A stretch of DNA of 64,000 nucleotides, from NCBI GenBank assembly GCA_012840355.1, contig DULN01000009.1:134414-198413 (forward strand), read 5' to 3'. The notes beneath the pieces were generated by a model, which saw only the letters and a program-made list of their open reading frames with translations, did no database searches and was not told where the DNA came from. Position 1 is the first letter of the stretch. Each line of letters begins with the position of its first letter. Of the stretch, positions 1-8,006 are shown piece by piece. The stretch is from Clostridiales bacterium (GTDB taxonomy: Bacteria; Bacillota; Clostridia; Oscillospirales; CAG-272). The position numbers were made by a program, and so were the translations under genes.

Positions 1-167
1 TCATGTTCAAGCCGCTCGGCATGGGCGTGCAGGACATCCCCTCTATCCTCGCCGCCTCGGTAGACGCCGGCGCGAAATTTGTGGTAGTCGAGCAAGACCA
101 GTCTTACGATATGGACTCGCTTGAAACTGCAAAACGCAGCTTCGATTACCTCGCCTCGCTAGAATAA
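1..167 (+). CDS. C-terminal fragment of a xylose-isomerase-like TIM-barrel protein (sugar phosphate isomerase/epimerase family); 5' end is outside the window
   Basis: Frame 3 is open from the window edge: ...MFKPLGMGVQDIPSILAASVDAGAKFVVVEQDQSYDMDSLETAKRSFDYLASLE, with TAA at 165-167. The KFxxVEQD ... SFDYL tail matches my recollection of that family. Two hairpins follow. It is absent from the ORF track because it is truncated. Confidence 0.4.
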   Translation, partial: MFKPLGMGVQDIPSILAASVDAGAKFVVVEQDQSYDMDSLETAKRSFDYLASLE

Positions 168-174
168 ACCAAAG

Positions 175-246
175 CCCGGGCTCATAGCCCGGGGCATTTA
201 ATAAAACCGGGCGAAGAACTTTTTTGGTTCTTCGCCCGAAGTTTTT
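175..246. terminator. Two tandem hairpins forming a bidirectional terminator between convergent genes
   Basis: CCCGGGC(175-181)/GCCCGGG(187-193). Then GGGCGAAGAAC(209-219)/GTTCTTCGCCC(227-237), followed by a T-run on the plus strand and GGTTTTATT on the minus strand. Confidence 0.6.
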
Positions 247-248
247 GC

Positions 249-1331
249 CTAAATCGTACCGACCGCGCCGTGGAGCGGGGGCAGCGGATGCGGGCGCACC
301 AGTTCCCCGCCGTTTTCGTAGGACTCAATAGCAGCGAAAATGTATTCCATCGTCGCGAGCGCGTCGCGGCCGCTTGCGCGAAGGTTGTCGAGCGGCACGC
401 CGTTTGAGACGTCCTCGAGGAACGCGTGGATGCGGCGAGGGAAGGTAGAATTGAAATCCGTAATGCCGGTATTGAGCACTTCAGGCTCTGCGCCGGATTT
501 GTAGTATGTTAGCTTCTCAACGCAGTTTTCGATTACAAATGTACCTTTCGTACCGGCAAGCTCAAAGCTCCACCAGCCGCCCAGGCCGAACATCGCGTCG
601 CCGCGCTGCGAGAGGAGATACCCGACGCAGCCATTTTCAAACCTCATATGAATGCTTTGGATTGACAGCATAAGGTCGCTCGCCCTGCGCCTTACGCCCG
701 GCTTATCCATAAAAGCCTGCACATGCGTGACGTCGCCGCAGAAATAGCGCATGACCGAGAAGGGATGCGTAAGGAACGCTTTCGCGTGCGAGTACGGGCG
801 GTTCCAGCGCGGCGCGCCCGGACCGCCGTAACCTGTTTCCGAGCCGTTGAAACCGACCTTATTGATGCAATATACCTGCTCGCCTACCTGCCCCTCGTCG
901 ATGTACTTTTTCGCGCGCTCAGCCGGAATGGAGAAGTAGTGGTTGAGGTTGCAGCCAAGGTACAGCCCTCTCTTCTGGGCATATGCCACCATTTCGCGGG
1001 CTTCGTTTATATCGTTAGAGATAGGCTTTTCGACCAGCACGTGTTTCCCTGCGTCGAGGGCTTCCATTGTAGGCTCATAGTGCCAGCTGCCGTTTTCGTA
1101 ACCTGATGTGCAAACGTCGACGATGTCGAGCTCGGGGTGCGCTTTGAGCATATCTTTTAGGCTGTAGTATGCGGGTACGCCGAGCCTTTCAGCCGCCTTG
1201 TCGGCGCGCTCTTTTATAAGGTCGCAGACCGCGACAAGCTCGGCAAGCTCGTCAGCCTTATGGCAATCGGCGTGCAGGTTGCCGATGCCTCCCATGCCGA
1301 CAACTCCTACTTTCAGCGGTGCTTTTGCCAT
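249..1331 (-). CDS. Gfo/Idh/MocA family NAD(P)-dependent oxidoreductase
   Basis: 360 aa. Rossmann N-terminus KVGVVGMGGIGNLH; family EKP motif HVLVEKPIS; AAGAGG RBS about 9 nt upstream of the ATG at 1331. Confidence 0.85.
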   Translation of the reverse strand: MAKAPLKVGVVGMGGIGNLHADCHKADELAELVAVCDLIKERADKAAERLGVPAYYSLKDMLKAHPELDIVDVCTSGYENGSWHYEPTMEALDAGKHVLVEKPISNDINEAREMVAYAQKRGLYLGCNLNHYFSIPAERAKKYIDEGQVGEQVYCINKVGFNGSETGYGGPGAPRWNRPYSHAKAFLTHPFSVMRYFCGDVTHVQAFMDKPGVRRRASDLMLSIQSIHMRFENGCVGYLLSQRGDAMFGLGGWWSFELAGTKGTFVIENCVEKLTYYKSGAEPEVLNTGITDFNSTFPRRIHAFLEDVSNGVPLDNLRASGRDALATMEYIFAAIESYENGGELVRPHPLPPLHGAVGTI

Positions 1332-1364
1332 ATTTATATACCTCTTTCAATAATAATTGTGCCG

Positions 1365-2636
1365 TTATGAGGCATACCTGCTATCAAAACCCACTGTGCT
1401 GATTTTGCCACTTTCCTTTTCGAGCAGCGCATACCGCGGCTTAATTTCTTCGCCGGTTTGGTATGCGGCGAGGGTATCGTATAGTTTTAAAAAACAATAT
1501 TTGTCCGTTACCGCATATATTGCAGCTATGTCAATGCCGGCATAGCCGTACTTTGACGGCGACATTATAAGCTCGGCAGACTGCCCGCCGCTTAAATCGG
1601 CTGCCCACACCTTTCCCGACGAGCGGCTAAAGTAATAGGTAGCCCCGCCTTCTGACATAACCGAGCCGTAATATTCAAAATCCCATGCGGGGCAATAAAG
1701 GCGGCCCTCAGAAATGAGGCTTCCAATTGTCGCCTGTACCCCCGTTATTACCGGCTTAGGCTCGCCGCCGGTAACCTTTATCCTATAGTAATCGTAGCAG
1801 TTTACTGCCACGGCGGGCTTTATTGGCTCGCCGTTCTCGTCGGTCTCGGCGGCAGGCAAAAGCTCATACTCCGGCGCTCCTTTGTACCTTACGGGATAAT
1901 ATATATATCCACCGTAAACGAATATGCCGGTCGGCATCTCGCATGTTAAGATACGCTCCGGTTGCGCGGCGCCGCTGTTTCGGGGTGCCCGGAACACCCC
2001 GCCATCCTCGCTCATATAGTAAAGAACGCCGTCTTCCATTCCGAGCATTATAATATCGGCGCCATGTGCTTGCACAAACAGCTTTGGTTCGCCGCCCGAC
2101 TGCGGCATCACCCATATGTCGTGCGTGCCTTCCTCGTTTTTGGAAAGAAAATAAATCTCTTCCCCGTAAAGCAAAAGCTGGTCTATCGCGTACTTCCAGT
2201 CCCAAAGAACCGTTGCGGTTTCGCCGCTTTGCGGTTTTAGGCAGGCGATTACATTATGGCGCACGCCTTTTTTTAGCTCGGCGTCAAAATATGTGCGCAT
2301 CTGCGCATACCAAAGCTTGTGAGAGCCGGGCTTTGGGTCGCGCGCCCAGCATGTCAGCCCGCGGATATACGCGGGGCAGCTGTCGTCGCTATGCGCGCAG
2401 CCCTTTACGGTGCATGCCACCTTAGGCTCTATCGTCTGCTGGCCGCCGGGGACGTCGCCGAGGTCAATATACTGAAACGTGTCGGATACTCTTGCCGCAT
2501 GGTACAGCCGGCTGCCAACTAGGGCATTTTCGGCGGAGAGCACGCCCCATTTCGGCTCCCCCGGCGCGCACGAAACCGCGCCGCAAAGGCATGCTAAAAC
2601 CGCCGCGAGTAACAATAGGCGGGTGGGCCTTTTCAT
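1365..2636 (-). CDS. Secreted (possibly lipid-anchored) hypothetical protein, beta-propeller-like
   Basis: 423 aa. Signal peptide MKRPTRLLLLAAVLACLCGAVSCAPGE. Recurrent Tyr-rich strand motifs (VLYYMSEDGG, GGYIYYPV, ATYYFS, EEIYFLSKNEEG) resemble DUF5050/TolB-like propellers from memory. The ATG at 2634-2636 abuts the stop of the upstream gene at 2637-2639. Confidence 0.7.
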   Translation of the reverse strand: MKRPTRLLLLAAVLACLCGAVSCAPGEPKWGVLSAENALVGSRLYHAARVSDTFQYIDLGDVPGGQQTIEPKVACTVKGCAHSDDSCPAYIRGLTCWARDPKPGSHKLWYAQMRTYFDAELKKGVRHNVIACLKPQSGETATVLWDWKYAIDQLLLYGEEIYFLSKNEEGTHDIWVMPQSGGEPKLFVQAHGADIIMLGMEDGVLYYMSEDGGVFRAPRNSGAAQPERILTCEMPTGIFVYGGYIYYPVRYKGAPEYELLPAAETDENGEPIKPAVAVNCYDYYRIKVTGGEPKPVITGVQATIGSLISEGRLYCPAWDFEYYGSVMSEGGATYYFSRSSGKVWAADLSGGQSAELIMSPSKYGYAGIDIAAIYAVTDKYCFLKLYDTLAAYQTGEEIKPRYALLEKESGKISTVGFDSRYAS

Positions 2637-3647
2637 TTACTCGTCTACTTCTTCAACTTTTATCGGGATGCCGCCATTGTCAAGCGACTTTATCGCCGCG
2701 TGGATGACGCGCTGGGCTTCGTAGCCGTCCTGGCCTGAGCCGTCTATCTCTTCAGGCTTTGCTCCCGAATCGACCTGGTCTACGAACGCTTTAATCCTCG
2801 CGCGGAAAGTGTCGTCGAAGTTCGAGTAGCCGCCGAAAACAGGGTTAGTGTACACTTCCTTGAGGTAGGTTTCGGCAGGGTACAACACCGCCTCGCGCCA
2901 CATATCCTCGACTACGAAGCGGCCTTTGACCCCCGCCACCTCGCAGCGCTCCATCGGGTGCCCGCGTGCTATGTCGTATGAGCTTGTAAGGTGCCCGACG
3001 GCTCCGCACTTGAAGCGGACGTTTATCGAGGCGGTCGACCAAATGTCGCGCCCGGTAGCTTTGTACGCAAAGCACGAGACTTCCTCAATTGGCCCGCAGT
3101 AATGCATCATCATGTTGACGCTGTGCGGGTTTAGCGCTTTAAGGTGATAATACGGCGAGTCGAGCTTCATGAACTTGCCGATCCAAAGCGCCATGTTGCA
3201 AAATAGCAGCTCGCCAATCCGCCCGTCGGCAAGCCATTGTTCTGCTTGGCGCGCAGCTGGCGTGAAGCGGTGGTTGAAGTTGATTCCATAGCAGCGTCCA
3301 AGGCGCCGTGCGGTCTCGACCATCTCTTTAGCGTGCTTGAGACTGTTCGAGATCGGCTTTTCGCCGAGCACATGGCAGCCCGCTTCGAGCGCCTGGATTG
3401 TCGGTATATAGTGGTCGGACGAGTACTCGTACCCACCCGTTGTTATCGAACAGATGTCAGGCTTTAAGGCGTCGAGCATCTCTTGCGCGTCAAGGAAATA
3501 CGGCACGCCGGTCTCCTCGCTTGCCGCCTTGGCGCGTTCGGGGATTATGTCGCAAACGCCTACAAGCTCCGCGTTGGGAAGCTCCTTATATATCCGAGCG
3601 TGAAGCCTACCGATAGGCCCCATTCCGATAACACAAACTCGCTGCAT
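2637..3647 (-). CDS. Gfo/Idh/MocA family oxidoreductase
   Basis: 336 aa. VCVIGMGPIGRLH Rossmann motif and HVLGEKPIS motif. Confidence 0.85.
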   Translation of the reverse strand: MQRVCVIGMGPIGRLHARIYKELPNAELVGVCDIIPERAKAASEETGVPYFLDAQEMLDALKPDICSITTGGYEYSSDHYIPTIQALEAGCHVLGEKPISNSLKHAKEMVETARRLGRCYGINFNHRFTPAARQAEQWLADGRIGELLFCNMALWIGKFMKLDSPYYHLKALNPHSVNMMMHYCGPIEEVSCFAYKATGRDIWSTASINVRFKCGAVGHLTSSYDIARGHPMERCEVAGVKGRFVVEDMWREAVLYPAETYLKEVYTNPVFGGYSNFDDTFRARIKAFVDQVDSGAKPEEIDGSGQDGYEAQRVIHAAIKSLDNGGIPIKVEEVDE

Positions 3648-3682
3648 TATATATACCTTCTTTATTCATAAGGGCACACCCG

Positions 3683-3714
3683 GCAGGGCCGGAATGCTTG
3701 ATTTCCGGCCCTGC
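3683..3714 (-). other. Perfect 12-bp GC-rich hairpin downstream of the sulfatase-like gene, with no U-tract
   Basis: GCAGGGCCGGAA(3683-3694), 8-nt loop, TTCCGGCCCTGC(3703-3714). No T-run follows on either strand, so it is either an atypical terminator or an RNA-stabilising or processing element inside the operon. Confidence 0.4.
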
Positions 3715-3731
3715 AGCCATGCCCTCGTATT

Positions 3732-5129
3732 TTAGTTTTGTGCTTTCCGCTTTTCGCCCAGCTCCTGCAGGCGCTTTGCGGTCTCAGGATCGCCGATATG
3801 AAGCGTTTTATACGCCTCGTCCGAGCTTGCAAACGGCCGGCCGATACCGTTCCACTTTGTGGCGTTAGTATAAATCGGCGCCTCGCGACCCGTTTCAGCC
3901 GTGCGCTTCTCGATATGGGCGTGTATTTTGTCGGTATAGAGCTTTACGATTTCGGGATACTGGTCGGCGACGTTGTGGTTTTCGCCGGGATCCATTATTA
4001 GGTTATAAAGCTCCACCGGAGGCTTATAGTGGAAGTCTGGCTCAAGCGCCAAAATCAGCTTCCACTCGGGCGTTCGCCAGCCGTGCTTGCGCATCCATGT
4101 CGCCTCGGTAATATACATTTCAGGCTCCTCCGGCGCCTTGCCCGCCACCACGTCGAAGAGGTTGCGCCCGTCGAACTTGATGTCTGTCTCAATGCCGATA
4201 AGGTAAAGAAGCGTGGGCATTATATCTTTAAGCTGGCAGATGTTGTCGTACCGCTTCGTCACGCCTTTTAGCTTGCGCGGGTATTTAACCGCGAACGGAA
4301 CCTTCAGCGTGCACTCGTAAAGCCCGTGATGGTCGAAATAGCAGTCGTGCTCGTAAAGCGTCTCGCCGTGGTCGGAGGTAAGCACCACAATAGTGTCCTC
4401 GGCGATTCCGAGCGCCTCGAGCTTGTTAAACAGTATCGACATACACGCGTCCATGTACGCGATCTCCGCGTCGTACTGGGCGCATATGTATTCCGCGTCG
4501 GTGCATCCCGGAGGGAACCAGGTGCGGAAATAATCGCAGAACGGCTTAAACGCGTATACCGGCTCTAGCGTTTTGTTGTTTGGGTCAAACTCGTTGCCCG
4601 TGTAGAACATCCGCTCGAAAGGCTCGGGCGCGAGGTACGGCGAGTGCGGGTCCATGTGCCTTAAGAACAGGAAGAAAGGCTTGTCGTCGGCCGCAAGCCG
4701 CTCAAGCTCAGGGATTGCGACCTCGTTTAAGCTTTCCGCTTTGCGCGAGCGCCCCTGCTCCCAGCCGCCCCAGGTCACTTTCGCTTGCAGATGGCGCTCA
4801 AAGGGCGTCTGGTCGTAGTTAATAGACACGGTATTGTAGCCAGCCTCGCGCAGCACTTGCTGGAGCGTCTTGCAGTGCGGCGCTACTTTGCCCTGATGGC
4901 GGAGCGCCACGACGTCGGTCGAGAAGCAGTCCATACCGGTGAGCATAGACGCATAGCCCGGCGTCGTGGGGATTGAAGGACTGAACATCTGGTTGAAAAT
5001 GACGCTGTCGGTCGAAAAGTAGCGGTCAATATGCGGCGTGGTCAGCTTATTGTAGCCGTAAAGGCTCATGCGGTCGCGGCGGAGGCTATCCACGCCGAAA
5101 AACAGTATGTTTGGCTTTTTGGCGGACAT
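3732..5129 (-). CDS. Sulfatase-fold (alkaline phosphatase superfamily) hydrolase/transferase; probably not a true sulfatase
   Basis: 465 aa. N-terminal NILFFGVDSLRRD and TSDHGE metal-site motifs of the fold are present. The nucleophile motif reads T-T-P-G-Y (4953-4967) instead of C/S-x-P-x-R. Confidence 0.75.
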   Translation of the reverse strand: MSAKKPNILFFGVDSLRRDRMSLYGYNKLTTPHIDRYFSTDSVIFNQMFSPSIPTTPGYASMLTGMDCFSTDVVALRHQGKVAPHCKTLQQVLREAGYNTVSINYDQTPFERHLQAKVTWGGWEQGRSRKAESLNEVAIPELERLAADDKPFFLFLRHMDPHSPYLAPEPFERMFYTGNEFDPNNKTLEPVYAFKPFCDYFRTWFPPGCTDAEYICAQYDAEIAYMDACMSILFNKLEALGIAEDTIVVLTSDHGETLYEHDCYFDHHGLYECTLKVPFAVKYPRKLKGVTKRYDNICQLKDIMPTLLYLIGIETDIKFDGRNLFDVVAGKAPEEPEMYITEATWMRKHGWRTPEWKLILALEPDFHYKPPVELYNLIMDPGENHNVADQYPEIVKLYTDKIHAHIEKRTAETGREAPIYTNATKWNGIGRPFASSDEAYKTLHIGDPETAKRLQELGEKRKAQN

Positions 5130-5148
5130 CCTATCACCTCATGAGAAT

Positions 5149-6243
5149 TCAGATGGCGGGTATCTCTATTTTAACTTCCTCGCGCGATGCTGAAGAACGG
5201 ATGATGCCATCGATTATCGCCTGGTTGTAAATTATTTGGCTCGTGGGTATTGGGGCGGGTCCGCCGGTTTTTATTGCGTCGACAAATGCGCGGACCTTGC
5301 GCTCAAAGAGGTTTGCCTTTTCTTCCTGAATGAGCGGGATGTCGGTCTGCGTGGGTTTGCCGGATTCGTCGTCGTGCATGAGCGTGATTGCCCCAATCGG
5401 GCCGTCCCATGCACCGCCCCAGAGATGATAGTTCGGCTGGCGCACCTTGAGGCCGGCGTCGGTACCGAGGAATATAAAGTCGCCCGTCGTGTCCATATGC
5501 ATCGCCCAGCTCATGCGGAAGTCGAGCGTTATGTCGCCTTCAAGCCTTATAAACGCGGCAGAAAAGTCGTCGACAGAGAAGCGCCCGGCATCGGGATAAT
5601 ATTTCGGGTTTTTGCCGAAATAATCGTATGCCATAGCCGAAACCGTGAGCGGCTTCGGGTAGCCTATCGTATTCAGCGCAAAATCAAGCGCATAGCAGCC
5701 TATATCGGCGAGCGCGCCGACGCCTGCCTTGTCGCGCTCGATAAACGTACCGCCCGGGATACCCCTTCGGCGGCCACCGCCGGTCTGGATATAGTAAACC
5801 TTGCCGAGCTTGCCGGAGGAGACTATATCTTTCACCATGCGCGCGTTGACGTCATAGCGGGGCTGAAAACCGATCGTGACGATTTTGCCCGACTTTTTCT
5901 CGGCGCGCATTATGGCAACCGCTTCGTCGAGCGTGACTGTCATCGGCTTTTCAAGCAGCACGTGCTTGCCCGATTCGAGCGCGGCTATCGTACATACCGC
6001 GTGGGTCGAGTTATATGTGCAGACGCTGACCGCGTCGATGTCGTCGCGCTTGCAAAGCTCTTCATGGCTCTCGTATGCGGTGGCGCCCGACAGCCCAAAC
6101 TCGTCGAGGAACTTGCGCGCTTTTCCGGGTATTATGTCAGCGCCTGCGACAATTTCGACGTCGTCAAAATTGAGGTACGATCTGGCATGTGCGTGAGCGA
6201 TACCCCCGCACCCGATGATTCCTATACGAAGTTTCTCCGCCAT
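5149..6243 (-). CDS. Gfo/Idh/MocA family oxidoreductase
   Basis: 364 aa. RIGIIGCGGIAHAH and HVLLEKPMT motifs. Confidence 0.85.
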   Translation of the reverse strand: MAEKLRIGIIGCGGIAHAHARSYLNFDDVEIVAGADIIPGKARKFLDEFGLSGATAYESHEELCKRDDIDAVSVCTYNSTHAVCTIAALESGKHVLLEKPMTVTLDEAVAIMRAEKKSGKIVTIGFQPRYDVNARMVKDIVSSGKLGKVYYIQTGGGRRRGIPGGTFIERDKAGVGALADIGCYALDFALNTIGYPKPLTVSAMAYDYFGKNPKYYPDAGRFSVDDFSAAFIRLEGDITLDFRMSWAMHMDTTGDFIFLGTDAGLKVRQPNYHLWGGAWDGPIGAITLMHDDESGKPTQTDIPLIQEEKANLFERKVRAFVDAIKTGGPAPIPTSQIIYNQAIIDGIIRSSASREEVKIEIPAI

Positions 6244-6428
6244 GGGACAATTTCCTTTCTTTATTATAATTTTTTGCGGTTTTACAGATTTTAGGCTCAG
6301 CTTATTATACCTCTTGCATTATGCATTGTCAACATACGGAAACCGAAAGCTGCGATTGTATACTTTGTGGCATTCTTTAAAATAGTCAAATATAATAAAT
6401 AAAAATTCAACAAAATGCAAGAACGGTA

Positions 6429-6457
6429 TTGCAAAATTGCAAAAGCGGTGTTATAAT
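6429..6457 (+). promoter_or_regulatory. Sigma-70-type promoter for the HMGL-like gene
   Basis: TTGCAA(6429-6434), 17-nt spacer, TGtTATAAT with the -10 at 6452-6457. It sits in a TGCA-rich AT-rich region containing the tandem ATTGCAAA ATTGCAAA and the inverted repeat TGCATtATGCA at 6315-6325. Confidence 0.45.
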
Positions 6458-6510
6458 AACATGCAATAATCGTTTTTTAGCCCACTGATGAAAGAGAGAG
6501 TGCCGTTATT

Positions 6511-7974
6511 ATGCATAAAACTCCGAATGAGGGCCCGATAATTTACTTTTCGAAAAAAACAAACCTGCTTGAACAGTCGGCATACCGCTACCAGCTCCAG
6601 GAGCGCGAAGAGCCAAACCTCTACCGCGAGCTTTTCGACTACGACTCGGTGCCGAAAGTTTCATTCAACCATCGCCTTGTGCCAATGGATATGCCCGCGG
6701 AGATTTGGATAACCGACACCACTTTCCGCGACGGGCAGCAGTCGACCTCGCCGTTTTCGGTCGAGCAAATAGTGCACCTTTATAAGCTATTAAACAAACT
6801 CGGCGGCCCGAAAGGCCTCATTAGGCAGACCGAGTTTTTCATATACACCGAGAAAGACCGCAAAGCCGTTGAAAAATGCCTTGAGCTCGGCCTTGAGTAC
6901 CCCGAGGTCACAAGCTGGATCCGCGCCTCCGAAAAGGATTTTGAGCTTGTAAAGGCGATGGGCATAAAGGAAACCGGCGTGCTGCTTTCATGTTCCGACT
7001 ACCACATTTATAAGAAGATGGGACTCACGCGCCGGTCGGCGATGGAAAAATACGTGAGCATCGTCGGGCAGATACTAGAAAAAGGCATAAGGCCGCGCTG
7101 CCACTTCGAGGACATCACGCGCGCCGACTTTTACGGCTTTGTCGTGCCGCTTGCCGAAGCGCTGCGCAAGCTTGGGGAGGAATACGGCATACCCGTCAAA
7201 ATCCGCGCATGCGACACGCTTGGATATGGCGTTTCATATCCGGGCGCGGCGCTGCCCCGCAGCGTGCCGGGAATTATCTATGGGCTACGCCACTATGCGG
7301 GCATCGCAAGCGAGCAGCTCGAATGGCACGGGCATAACGACTTTTACAAAGTCGTTATAAACGCCTCGACAGCATGGCTCTACGGCTGCTCGAGCGTCAA
7401 CTGCTCGCTGCTCGGAATCGGCGAGCGTACCGGCAACTGCCCGCTTGAAGCTATGGTAATCGAGTACTGCAGCCTGCGCGGCACAGACGACGGCATGAAC
7501 CTGCCGGTAATTACGGAAATAGCGCGCTATTTCGAAGACGAGATTGGATACGAGATACCCGAGCGCACGCCATTCGTCGGGCGCAACTTTAACGTGACTC
7601 GCGCGGGCATACACGCCGACGGCCTCCTTAAAGATGAGGAAATTTACAATATATTCAATACGAAGAAGCTGCTCGACCGACCGGCATCGGTCGCGGTAGA
7701 CTCCCACAGCGGGCTTGCGGGCATCGCACACTGGATCAACAGCTATTTCCGGCTGCTCGAAACCCCATACGCGATAAGCAAGCAGGCTGAAATTGTAAAG
7801 CGCATGAAAGAGCGCGTTGACTCCGAGTATGAGGCAGGCCGCAACACCGTTATGGGCGACGAGGAGCTTGTGAACATGCTCCGCGAAATTGATTATGACG
7901 AGTATACGCGACTCTCGCATATCCACCTGCACCGCAAAAAGGAAGCGTCGGAGTCGGAAAGCGAAAACAAATAA
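6511..7974 (+). CDS. HMGL-like (DRE-TIM) acyl-CoA:2-oxoacid condensing enzyme, homocitrate / Re-citrate / isopropylmalate synthase-related
   Basis: 487 aa. Catalytic-core signature WITDTTFRDGQQS and a later HGHNDF metal-site motif. It has a roughly 65-aa N-terminal extension and lacks an obvious LeuA regulatory domain. Confidence 0.7.
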   Translation: MHKTPNEGPIIYFSKKTNLLEQSAYRYQLQEREEPNLYRELFDYDSVPKVSFNHRLVPMDMPAEIWITDTTFRDGQQSTSPFSVEQIVHLYKLLNKLGGPKGLIRQTEFFIYTEKDRKAVEKCLELGLEYPEVTSWIRASEKDFELVKAMGIKETGVLLSCSDYHIYKKMGLTRRSAMEKYVSIVGQILEKGIRPRCHFEDITRADFYGFVVPLAEALRKLGEEYGIPVKIRACDTLGYGVSYPGAALPRSVPGIIYGLRHYAGIASEQLEWHGHNDFYKVVINASTAWLYGCSSVNCSLLGIGERTGNCPLEAMVIEYCSLRGTDDGMNLPVITEIARYFEDEIGYEIPERTPFVGRNFNVTRAGIHADGLLKDEEIYNIFNTKKLLDRPASVAVDSHSGLAGIAHWINSYFRLLETPYAISKQAEIVKRMKERVDSEYEAGRNTVMGDEELVNMLREIDYDEYTRLSHIHLHRKKEASESESENK

Positions 7975-7977
7975 AAA

Positions 7978-7998
7978 GCCCGGGCCACATGCCCGGGC
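7978..7998. terminator. Bidirectional hairpin between convergent genes
   Basis: GCCCGGGC(7978-7985), loop cacat, GCCCGGGC(7991-7998). Flanked by an A-run on the left and AT-rich sequence on the right. Confidence 0.5.
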
Positions 7999-8006
7999 AT
8001 AATATT

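Noticed and set aside
3732-5129. Annotating this gene as an arylsulfatase.
   Set aside because: The C/S-x-P-x-R formylglycine motif is replaced by T-T-P-G-Y. Only the fold-level call is kept.
5236-6294. 352-aa plus-strand ORF.
   Set aside because: It is fully antisense to a Gfo/Idh/MocA gene that has clear family motifs. Its translation is Arg/Ala/Val-rich with no motif or RBS, which is the typical shadow ORF of high-GC DNA.
6244-6510. Long AT-rich leader upstream of the HMGL-like gene, considered as a T-box or riboswitch.
   Set aside because: I could not find a T-box sequence, a specifier/antiterminator arrangement or any riboswitch core I recognise. A promoter at 6429-6457 leaves only a 5' UTR of about 50 nt.
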